In this document: piece by piece, positions 27,653 to 35,553 of the stretch
How positions within the stretch are numbered: position 1 is the stretch's first letter
Layout of the letters: each line of letters starts with the position of its first letter
DNA from: a virus
Lineage: Duplodnaviria; Caudoviricetes
Strand: one strand, 5' to 3'
IMG/VR virus record: IMGVR_UViG_3300032240_001498
Coordinates: 136,605 to 200,604 of that record
Length of the DNA stretch: 64,000 nt
The notes under the pieces: model-generated
What the model saw: only the letters and a program-made list of their open reading frames with translations
What the model was told of the DNA's origin: nothing
The model's database searches: none
Translations under genes and position numbers: made by a program

Positions 27653-27699
27653 TTATGGCCGGCTAACCTTCAACATTGCGATTTATGGCTCGCTGAACC
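27653..27699 (-). repeat. Degenerate tandem repeat in the polB leader
   Basis: On the minus strand, GGTTCAGCGAGCCATAA (27699-27683) and GGTTAGCCGGCCATAA (27668-27653) lie between a TAAATA motif (27711-27716) and the AAGGAG RBS. Confidence 0.6.
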
Positions 27700-27716
27700 G
27701 TTCTCAAATATATTTA

Positions 27717-28010
27717 TTAATTAACCAACATGCGGACAAGACCGATTGAGTCAATGGTTGTTAGCAAGATGTAATTAGCCAACATACCAAATGACTTCCG
27801 AGTCCATGAAGCCCACGCATACATAGCACAGCCACTAATCCAGATAGGATATAGTACAAGAAGAGGGGGATTAGGGACTGTGACTGCCATTGTGATACTA
27901 CAGCCAATAGATATAGCCCAAGCAAGGAGCTCAACACAAAAGCGAAGTCCGTTGCTATTCCAATCATCCTTGATCCACTCTAATGTTGGCTTAAAGAATG
28001 TATCAATCAT
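27717..28010 (-). CDS. Small membrane protein (likely start MIDTFF at 28010)
   Basis: It has three hydrophobic segments. Confidence 0.7.
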   Translation of the reverse strand: MIDTFFKPTLEWIKDDWNSNGLRFCVELLAWAISIGCSITMAVTVPNPPLLVLYPIWISGCAMYAWASWTRKSFGMLANYILLTTIDSIGLVRMLVN

Positions 28011-28311
28011 TATCGCCGTTGCGGTTTGGATTTTGTGCATCATAATCGCTTTGACGGATTGCGTGACCGCTGATATCAACGATAGTTTCTAAGTCATCGA
28101 ACTCAGTAAACACACGTTCCCAATCGCCCTTCTGTGCGATTTTGATAGCTTTTTTAATAATGCTGGGTTTAACTTCTAGTTCTTCTGCGACAGCTTTGAT
28201 AGTGTCGTTCAAACCTTCGTTGAGGTCTTCAATTTCTTGTAGGACAGTAACGCCTTCAGAAATAAGTTGTTTGATTTTTGCTTGCTCTGGTGCGCCGTAT
28301 GCTTTGCTCAT
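28003..28311 (-). CDS. DsbA(T4)/GapR-like dsDNA-binding protein
   Basis: The pattern (coiled helix, IKAVAEELEVKPSIIKKAIKIAQK, acidic helix) resembles T4 DsbA and GapR. It has an AGGAG RBS. Confidence 0.55.
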   Translation of the reverse strand: MSKAYGAPEQAKIKQLISEGVTVLQEIEDLNEGLNDTIKAVAEELEVKPSIIKKAIKIAQKGDWERVFTEFDDLETIVDISGHAIRQSDYDAQNPNRNGDND

Positions 28312-28331
28312 AATTAATCTCCTGTACAGTA

Positions 28332-28360
28332 ATTATATACTGAACACAGGAGATTGTCAA
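28332..28360 (-). promoter_or_regulatory. Sigma70-type promoter embedded in an inverted repeat
   Basis: TTGACA (28360-28355), 17 nt spacer, TATAAT (28337-28332). The inverted-repeat arms are at 28316-28325 and 28346-28355. Confidence 0.85.
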
Positions 28361-28367
28361 GTCTTGA

Positions 28368-28757
28368 TTATTTTTTGTTGGCTTTGGCTTTACCAGCTTT
28401 CATATTTGCCTCCCAGTGCGCTAATTCTGCGGCACGACCACTGTGTTTTTTGGCAAATTTACGCAGATTGCTTACACTACTTTTTGTAGGCACATGATAT
28501 CGCTTGCTATCGCCTTTGTCTTCTGGATGACGACCATTTGCAAAGTTTTCGTCAACTTGTTTTTTGATCCAAGTATCAGGTGTTAGATTATGCTTGTCGA
28601 CAAACATATCATGTAATTTTTGTCCAGAAATATCTGCATCTTTACAAATTTTCTGCATGAGTTTATCTATTGAGTCGTAACTATGGCTTGGTAATTTCTT
28701 AAGTCCTTTTTCAAGTTTAAGAACAACGTCTTCAGTTATAACTTCTAGAATTCTCAT
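28368..28757 (-). CDS. Putative head-internal protein (129 aa)
   Basis: The N-terminus MRILEVITE resembles T4 capsid-targeting sequences. The protein is basic and has two modules. Confidence 0.6.
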   Translation of the reverse strand: MRILEVITEDVVLKLEKGLKKLPSHSYDSIDKLMQKICKDADISGQKLHDMFVDKHNLTPDTWIKKQVDENFANGRHPEDKGDSKRYHVPTKSSVSNLRKFAKKHSGRAAELAHWEANMKAGKAKANKK

Positions 28758-29986
28758 TTGTCTAATTTTTTACCAAGCATGACTTCAAGATAGATGTCGT
28801 ATGCATCTTCTTTCATCTTCTTTTTCTTCTTTGGATGTTTGATATGAGCCCAAGCCGCACCTTCTGCTTCTTCTTTGCTCATACCAGGATGTGCCTTCAT
28901 CATGCTCTTGGTAATGTGCTTTGCCTGACGATCAACTTTGGCACCTTCCATCGTAGTTGAAGTATGCTTTAGTGTACCATGACGATGCTGATGTGTGATA
29001 CCGGGAATAACTTCTTCATCGGTTTCTTCTTCTTTATCAACATCTTGTTCACCGTGTACTAGGAAGTCAAACACTGTTTCAATATAATCAGATGCTAGAC
29101 TAATCTTAGTCTGCACCCACGCATCCAACTGTGTGCTAGAATCCATTTGTTCTGCTAATTTAATAGCCAATTTTGCCGCAGTGATTAACTGTTGCTTGGC
29201 CATTGCGCCTTCTGTATCTGTATTTTCAAACATATCGCCTACCTCATCTCCAATCTTTGCACCAGACATCGCGCCCGATGGAGTTTTAGTTATTAATGCT
29301 CCTGCCGCACCGCCAACAACTGCACCTTTGATGCCTTCCACCACACCTTGCTCTTTCATTAAAGAACTACCACCGTGGTGTTTTTCAATATCTTGTTCCT
29401 TACCACTAATAGAGTAGTCCATAACACCTACAATTTTATCTGTAGCCTGAGCAATTTCACTTTGAACCCAGTCTGGTAAATCTTCTCCTCTACCAATTGC
29501 ATTGTCTAAATGTGTTACTACTCGTTTGATTGTATGCAATTGATTTTTAACAAAATCGCCCTCACCATCCGAATGATTATCGGGATCAATATTTTTTAAT
29601 TGTGTATCTTTAACATTGCCTTTAAATTCTTCCGCCACACTTTCATTATGCACACATTTACGAACCCGCCCACCGTTTTTGCCTTTTTTTGTACCAACAG
29701 CATGATGATTCGGCCAGCACTTGGTAAACCCATTGGCATCCTTTTGACCTTTTTTAATTTCATTGAGCATGTCTAATTGGGCTTGGAATTTTTCTTCCAT
29801 TCCCTCAGCATAGTCTTTTTTATGTTTTGTATCGCCTTGTTTCATAGCTTTCTTCTTGTCCTTATGTGCGCCTGCGCCTGTATTGATTGCGTTCTTAGCA
29901 ACAAAGTTACGTGGCTTGGGTGGTTCTATTGAAGCAACCTTTTGTTTATGACGGACCTTGAATCCTCTTTTGCCTTCGTTTATCAT
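28754..29986 (-). CDS. Putative head-internal mosaic protein (410 aa)
   Basis: It has K-rich and E-rich modules, a duplicated helical domain and a glycine zipper. Confidence 0.65.
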   Translation of the reverse strand: MINEGKRGFKVRHKQKVASIEPPKPRNFVAKNAINTGAGAHKDKKKAMKQGDTKHKKDYAEGMEEKFQAQLDMLNEIKKGQKDANGFTKCWPNHHAVGTKKGKNGGRVRKCVHNESVAEEFKGNVKDTQLKNIDPDNHSDGEGDFVKNQLHTIKRVVTHLDNAIGRGEDLPDWVQSEIAQATDKIVGVMDYSISGKEQDIEKHHGGSSLMKEQGVVEGIKGAVVGGAAGALITKTPSGAMSGAKIGDEVGDMFENTDTEGAMAKQQLITAAKLAIKLAEQMDSSTQLDAWVQTKISLASDYIETVFDFLVHGEQDVDKEEETDEEVIPGITHQHRHGTLKHTSTTMEGAKVDRQAKHITKSMMKAHPGMSKEEAEGAAWAHIKHPKKKKKMKEDAYDIYLEVMLGKKLDK

Positions 29987-30621
29987 ACGACTAAATTATT
30001 CCCATCTAATGCATTTGTGCTGGGCTTTTGTTTTTTAGCCGCAGGCTGTTTTGGTGATTTCTTACCAGTACCAGAAGTCATGCTACCTGTGTAACTTTTA
30101 TTGAACGCCCTGCGTTGTAGCTGATGACCAACACTACCACCACTAATTGAACCTACACCAACAACTGCTGTAGCTGATTCTTTAATACGTTTTCCGTCTT
30201 TATCATACTTGCCGGATTTTTTCTTGGCAATAGCAATAGCGGCCTGTTGTGCTCCGCCTTCTGCTATTTGTTGTTGTGTCATCTCTGCAATCATCTGTTC
30301 TCCGCGGGCAATCATGTCTGCCATTTCTTCAATGCTTTCACAATGCCAACGGCGTAAGGCCAATGCCTTTGGAGTAGGTTCACCATTGGGCTTCTTCATA
30401 GGCCCTTTGTTGCCACCCATTCTAGCACAGAATGATTTACGGCGGTTGGCAGCTTTACTGCCCTTCTTTAACTTGCTAGGCTTGGTAGTAACCGCAGTCT
30501 TTAATTTACTGCCAGGATGTTCTCTACGATAAGCGTTTACAGCCTTTTGACTTAGGCCATTTGTCTTGTCGTGATGATTGACTTTGTTCCAATCTTCTGC
30601 AATTAGTTCTGCGATTTTCAT
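29983..30621 (-). CDS. Putative head-internal basic protein (likely start MKIAELIAE at 30621)
   Basis: It has an ATGA coupling at 30618-30621. The N-terminus resembles the T4 internal-protein signal MKTYQEFIAE, followed by GLSQKAVNAYRREHPGSKL...RRKSFCARM. Confidence 0.7.
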   Translation of the reverse strand: MKIAELIAEDWNKVNHHDKTNGLSQKAVNAYRREHPGSKLKTAVTTKPSKLKKGSKAANRRKSFCARMGGNKGPMKKPNGEPTPKALALRRWHCESIEEMADMIARGEQMIAEMTQQQIAEGGAQQAAIAIAKKKSGKYDKDGKRIKESATAVVGVGSISGGSVGHQLQRRAFNKSYTGSMTSGTGKKSPKQPAAKKQKPSTNALDGNNLVV

Positions 30622-30914
30622 TCTTTTTTCTCTCCAGTCATGTATGGAAGACTGAACCATAACTTAAACCACTCAGGAGTTCCTGGTTGTATATTTTGTT
30701 CACGCATAATACGTGCATTCTCTGCGGCAGTAACACTTATGTTGCTACCTTGTTTTAAACTGTTCTTGTACTCTGCTAAACGTTCTTGTCCGCCTAGCCC
30801 ACCTAGAAATTGTAAACGTCGGATTTCTTGTGCAGGATCATCTGGTGCTAGATATGTATCACTATCTTCTTCGATAGGTGCTATATCTGCGGATGTTATT
30901 CTGTACTGTTTCAT
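30618..30914 (-). CDS. Hypothetical protein (98 aa)
   Basis: It has ATGA overlaps on both sides. Confidence 0.7.
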   Translation of the reverse strand: MKQYRITSADIAPIEEDSDTYLAPDDPAQEIRRLQFLGGLGGQERLAEYKNSLKQGSNISVTAAENARIMREQNIQPGTPEWFKLWFSLPYMTGEKKE

Positions 30915-33900
30915 TTACGTTCTAATAATTTAATGTAGCCAGCTAACAAGTTTTCAACGTCTTCGCTGACTGGTACACAGTTATTTACACGTTTTGCTTC
31001 GTGTGTCGCATTACGTTCCGGACTATCTTGCATACCTACTCCAGCCATTGTTTCTGCTGGTACTTTTTGCTTGGGCAACTTAACTGGTTGTGCGGCATCT
31101 GGATGAATACCTTTTTTAGCAGGAGCGCCTATACCCATACCTTTGCGGGTCAATTCCATTAATCTCATGATCCATTCCCTGCCTAATTTTTTAACATCAA
31201 AACCTTGAGCCCATACAGCATATTGTTGCTCCGGAGTAGCATTAGGATCTTTTAATATATTTCGTAAATCAGTAAAACTTACACCAGTGCCACCGGCTTC
31301 GGCAGATCGTTCAGTAACATCAGGAGTGACCTTGACATGTTCATAACCTTGAAACTTATTAACAGCTTTCATTAATGCAGTCGACATGTCGTTGGCCATC
31401 TTTGCTCTATCTTTGCCAACCATGATTATAATATTTTCATAGCGGGGAGGCTGTCCTTTTAACGGATTAATCAACTCGTGTTTGACCTTTTGTAACAAGG
31501 TACCTCCTTCCATGGTAGCACTAATATTCTTAGCGTACTCGGGATATAGTCTATGCCATGTTTGTACTTTAACAGCTGGAGGAATAGGATCATTCGGGCC
31601 TTCTGCATTACCAATAAACAAATACGGATCACCACCTACCTGCGCGGCCTTCTTGATAGTATAATCAAATAACTGTTCGTGCCCTACGTGTCCAACAAAG
31701 CTACCAATGGCAACTACTGCTGTTTTGTTTTCTCCACGAGGGCGTTCTGTACGAGCATTTGTCTTAGCATCTTGTTTTGCTTGAATAACATTACGTTGTT
31801 CTTGACTTGTGATCTTAATAGGACCGAGACGACTGTTAATAACAATGCCCTCGTAGTCCTTGCCTAATAGATCCTTGCCGATAATATTAGGATCATTGAT
31901 GATTGCCTTTTCTAATTCAAGTTTGACCGGCTCAAGTGCGGCTTTGACCTCTGCGGCTTGATCACGCTTCTTGCTATCCAGCATGGCCTTGAACTGTTTG
32001 ATGTTTTTTAGTGGCGGAACAATAGCTGTAACATCTAATGCTTTTTTCTGTGTTAGGCTGTTGTCGATAAACATGACACTACCCTGTTGCTTTAGACTGG
32101 TTAACTGTTTGACAATATCGGCAGAGTCTGGCAAATCTTCACCAGTAGTAGCGTCGGTGACTCGGAATGGCACAAATGCTATCTTTACACCCTTGGGTAA
32201 TTTATCATAGTGTATGCCTACGAATACCAGTTTACCTTCCTTAGTTTCTTTTGCAAAGTTTATATCTAACACTTCGCAGGTAACTTGTTTATTGACTAAG
32301 AATTCTTTACCCAGCTGTTGATCGATAATTTTTATAGCGACCATGTAGTCATTAAACTGCTCGTCAAATTTCTCGCTCATGGCCACGCTTTCTGGGCCCA
32401 TAAAGTCTAGCACTTCTTTATCGGTAATTGACTTTAGTTCTGGATCGTTATCATCTATGCTGTTTGGATCTTCAATACCTTTTTGCTTAGCCAGTAAGCG
32501 TTTCCTAAACCTAGCAATATTGCCTTTTAAGAATCCGCCTGCATATCTTGGTTCAGTGCGACTGGTACCCATGAAAGGTCTGCCTTCGGCATTCTTACCA
32601 AAGCGTCCGCCCATACCATCTACTTTAACATTTAAAGGAATATTTTTTAATTGAAATTGATCATTACCCTGATGCAGTTCATCTAGTAGGTCCAAAAAAT
32701 CTGCACTCTTTAGGTCTTTTAGATGTGGCATGCCTTTTCGCAACTGAGATTTTACTGCCGGCTGTTCTTCGGCTTCGTTAACTGGTGTTGATTGTTTTGC
32801 GGCTTTCTTATTAGTAAATGCTTGCTCGTATGCCATTGCGGTATTAATGGCTTCTTTTCTTAATCCTCGTGCGTTCGGTAACTTCAGATGCTCTACCATG
32901 TAATCAATGGCGGCCATCTTGGTATCGCGATCTCTAACAGGATCGTTTTTTGTAATCATTTGTGAGCCGGGCTCGAAGCATATACTTACAAAACGACGGA
33001 ACAGTTCCGTGCGTTGATTGTCGTCTAGATATTTTGTAGCGAGTTGTACAGTTCCAATGAAACTGTTCTTAAGTTGTTGATCTTGTTTATTTGGTTTCTG
33101 CCCAAAGAAGATTTCAAATTGTTGAGCTAGATTTTTAATATACTGTCTACTATCTGTTGGTAATAGTTGCATTACTGGTATACCGTCTTTTTCCATAGGC
33201 TCGCCAGTATTAGGGTCATTGTAAGGAATATATTTCTGACTTACTCCACCACCACCTTGACCACTGACTGCAAAACTGTAGTCGCTGTCCGTAACCGGCT
33301 CGTCGCTGATTTTTGTACCCTTCTTCAATACACGAGCAACATACTTGGTGCTTACATTTGCGGCATACGGTAAAGCACGATCGATATACTTATGGAATAC
33401 ACCTTTAATACCAGCAGACAAATCTTCCCATGCACTACTATGACTGTAGTCTTGCCACGGTGTTGGTAGCCCAGTCTTTGCATCGTGTTCGCCGTATTCA
33501 AAATCAATCTGTAATTTAACCGGCAAGTCATTTAATGTAACTTGCCACATACTTGAATATTGATTATTACCTGGACTAAATCCGATAAAAACAGTATTGC
33601 CAACTTTTTTACCAATTAATCCTGTTAAGAATTGTTTAATAGTTTCTTCATGTTTGTCTGGAGCCTGCGTATCAATATCACCTACTTTAGGTTTAACGCG
33701 AACAAATTCTTCATCGGGAATTTTTTTATCAAAGAATTTTGCAGTACTACCGCTTAGGAACTTTTGTGCCGCCACAGAATTTTCATGCCAAAGGGGTTCT
33801 TTAAATCGTTGTGCAAATAAATCGTTAATATTATGCAACAAATCGGACAATACTTGTACTACATATGAACGATCGTGTACTCGTAGATCTAACTCTTGTG

Positions 33901-34021
33901 CTTGGTGTTGTCCCGGGATACCTTGCCAACCAGGCATAGGAGTACCATCGTCTTTATGACTGGATTGATTGCCGCCTTCTGACAAGAGGCGCGGTCTAGA
34001 AAATAACTCTAGTAATTTCAT
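30911..34021 (-). CDS. Multidomain nucleotidyltransferase (Pol-beta-like + ATP-ligase-like + HIGH/cytidylyltransferase-like), 1036 aa
   Basis: It contains GS..GDID..QIDFE, then KVDG..EVL..FVPF..EGIVI..IKIT, then GSFVGHVGH..IMVGKDR. Confidence 0.65.
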   Translation of the reverse strand: MKLLELFSRPRLLSEGGNQSSHKDDGTPMPGWQGIPGQHQAQELDLRVHDRSYVVQVLSDLLHNINDLFAQRFKEPLWHENSVAAQKFLSGSTAKFFDKKIPDEEFVRVKPKVGDIDTQAPDKHEETIKQFLTGLIGKKVGNTVFIGFSPGNNQYSSMWQVTLNDLPVKLQIDFEYGEHDAKTGLPTPWQDYSHSSAWEDLSAGIKGVFHKYIDRALPYAANVSTKYVARVLKKGTKISDEPVTDSDYSFAVSGQGGGGVSQKYIPYNDPNTGEPMEKDGIPVMQLLPTDSRQYIKNLAQQFEIFFGQKPNKQDQQLKNSFIGTVQLATKYLDDNQRTELFRRFVSICFEPGSQMITKNDPVRDRDTKMAAIDYMVEHLKLPNARGLRKEAINTAMAYEQAFTNKKAAKQSTPVNEAEEQPAVKSQLRKGMPHLKDLKSADFLDLLDELHQGNDQFQLKNIPLNVKVDGMGGRFGKNAEGRPFMGTSRTEPRYAGGFLKGNIARFRKRLLAKQKGIEDPNSIDDNDPELKSITDKEVLDFMGPESVAMSEKFDEQFNDYMVAIKIIDQQLGKEFLVNKQVTCEVLDINFAKETKEGKLVFVGIHYDKLPKGVKIAFVPFRVTDATTGEDLPDSADIVKQLTSLKQQGSVMFIDNSLTQKKALDVTAIVPPLKNIKQFKAMLDSKKRDQAAEVKAALEPVKLELEKAIINDPNIIGKDLLGKDYEGIVINSRLGPIKITSQEQRNVIQAKQDAKTNARTERPRGENKTAVVAIGSFVGHVGHEQLFDYTIKKAAQVGGDPYLFIGNAEGPNDPIPPAVKVQTWHRLYPEYAKNISATMEGGTLLQKVKHELINPLKGQPPRYENIIIMVGKDRAKMANDMSTALMKAVNKFQGYEHVKVTPDVTERSAEAGGTGVSFTDLRNILKDPNATPEQQYAVWAQGFDVKKLGREWIMRLMELTRKGMGIGAPAKKGIHPDAAQPVKLPKQKVPAETMAGVGMQDSPERNATHEAKRVNNCVPVSEDVENLLAGYIKLLERK

Positions 34022-34389
34022 GGACGGTATTCGCCTTTCTTAATATCTTTGCGATAGTGATCGTCTAGCATGTTGCATAGTTCTTCACACATCTCTTTGT
34101 TGAATACTTCTTGGGGGTGTTGTAGCATTTTGTTGGCATTATGGAATTCCATACAGCCTTTCTTAACCATTGGCATCCATACATTTGCTGTTGAATCGTC
34201 GGTCATCTGTTCTGCAATATCATGGAACTGTTTACGATGGATATCGTCATGATCTAGAATATAAAAGAACAACTCGTTCTTAAATTGGTCTTTTTCTTCA
34301 AGACTCATTGTATACTTTTCGTCTGCTGTCTTGTCTTTGTTCTGATCAGAGTTGACATTAAGGTGGCTAAAAAATTCGTATAGTTTCAT
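34018..34389 (-). CDS. Hypothetical protein (123 aa), MKLYEFF start
   Basis: It has an ATGA coupling and a capsid-targeting-like N-terminus. Confidence 0.7.
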   Translation of the reverse strand: MKLYEFFSHLNVNSDQNKDKTADEKYTMSLEEKDQFKNELFFYILDHDDIHRKQFHDIAEQMTDDSTANVWMPMVKKGCMEFHNANKMLQHPQEVFNKEMCEELCNMLDDHYRKDIKKGEYRP

Positions 34390-34391
34390 GA

Positions 34392-34838
34392 TTAAAAATT
34401 ATAGTTAATAGCCAATAGTGCGCCTTGGCTGATATTGACATTTGCACGTACCCAAGTAAAGTTACCTACAAAGGTTAATGCTACTGTTGAAGTTGTTTGT
34501 AAATTCTGATTATAAAGATACGTTTTTGCTGTATCTTTGACAGGAAACCAGTCAGTTTCTATAGGGTTTGAGGCTAATGTGGCCTGCATAGTAACTGTGC
34601 CTACATAATCTTGTGTTGTCTTGTATGTAACGGTGTGCAATCCGCTACTGATTCCATAATACCCGCAACCTTTTTCTTTGTTGCTAGGGAATGTTAGAAC
34701 ATTATATGGGGGATTAAATGTGCTTTGATTGTGATAATATGCTGGCATACTTAACACGCTGGTCGTTGTTAAGACCGCTGTAGTACCAGTAGTATAGATA
34801 TCTGTATAGAAACTTAGAGTTGTGCTTTGTGCCGGCAT
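34392..34838 (-). CDS. Hypothetical beta-rich protein (148 aa), possibly virion
   Basis: It is T/S-rich, has an AAGGA RBS, and follows a TAAATA motif at 34858-34863. Confidence 0.7.
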   Translation of the reverse strand: MPAQSTTLSFYTDIYTTGTTAVLTTTSVLSMPAYYHNQSTFNPPYNVLTFPSNKEKGCGYYGISSGLHTVTYKTTQDYVGTVTMQATLASNPIETDWFPVKDTAKTYLYNQNLQTTSTVALTFVGNFTWVRANVNISQGALLAINYNF

Positions 34839-34853
34839 AGTTTTTCCTTACGC

Positions 34854-34870
34854 CCTGTATTTATTACAGG
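34854..34870 (-). promoter_or_regulatory. Late-type promoter TAAATA at the apex of a hairpin
   Basis: The minus strand reads CCTGTA-ATAAA-TACAGG and heads the head-protein block. Confidence 0.5.
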
Positions 34871-35553
34871 AGCAAGGTAGACCTGGGAACAAATTCTTCT
34901 ATTTTCTGTATATATTCGCCTACAACCAAGCTCATCATAGTTAAAAACTTAGCGTTAGATACATAACAGAAGGGGTTTGCAACGTACTGTTTTGTACCTA
35001 TCATAAACCCTTCTGTACTTCTACCTATTTTAACAGTATCTTCGTCATATTTAGAAATCCAGCTCCAGAATTGCAAACGCTTATCACGTGGTATCTTTTC
35101 TTTAAAGCATACCTTGTGTGTGTATTTGCCGTAGGGAATAGCATCGCAGATGACCTTGTTTCTGTTGTTAACAAGAAACTCGGCTTCTTCGGGATTTTCT
35201 GGACTGTATATATAGGTGATACACCAAGCTAGAGCTTGTTCTAGCTCATCAACCAGAGACGCATCATTTGTATAGAAGTTAAAGGTACTGCCCTCTGCTC
35301 TGATCTTAATCTCTTTATCGAGGAATGGTTCTACAGCATCTACAAATTTGAGTAAACGCTCTTTTTTGATAGTCTCAAAATGAGTTCTAAAACTTACCTT
35401 TGGGGGTTTATAGAATTGATCATCAGTGCAGAACTTTTTAACCCATTCTATACCGCGCAGACGTATAAGATTTGACCCTTGTACAGAGCACTCAATCTTA
35501 TACGGCCATTTGCCAAAGAATAGTTTATTCGTTGACAGTTTCTGCATCTTCAA
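34864..35553 (-). CDS. Hypothetical protein (229 aa)
   Basis: It is a long ORF overlapping the clpA stop. Confidence 0.75.
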   Translation of the reverse strand: MKMQKLSTNKLFFGKWPYKIECSVQGSNLIRLRGIEWVKKFCTDDQFYKPPKVSFRTHFETIKKERLLKFVDAVEPFLDKEIKIRAEGSTFNFYTNDASLVDELEQALAWCITYIYSPENPEEAEFLVNNRNKVICDAIPYGKYTHKVCFKEKIPRDKRLQFWSWISKYDEDTVKIGRSTEGFMIGTKQYVANPFCYVSNAKFLTMMSLVVGEYIQKIEEFVPRSTLLL

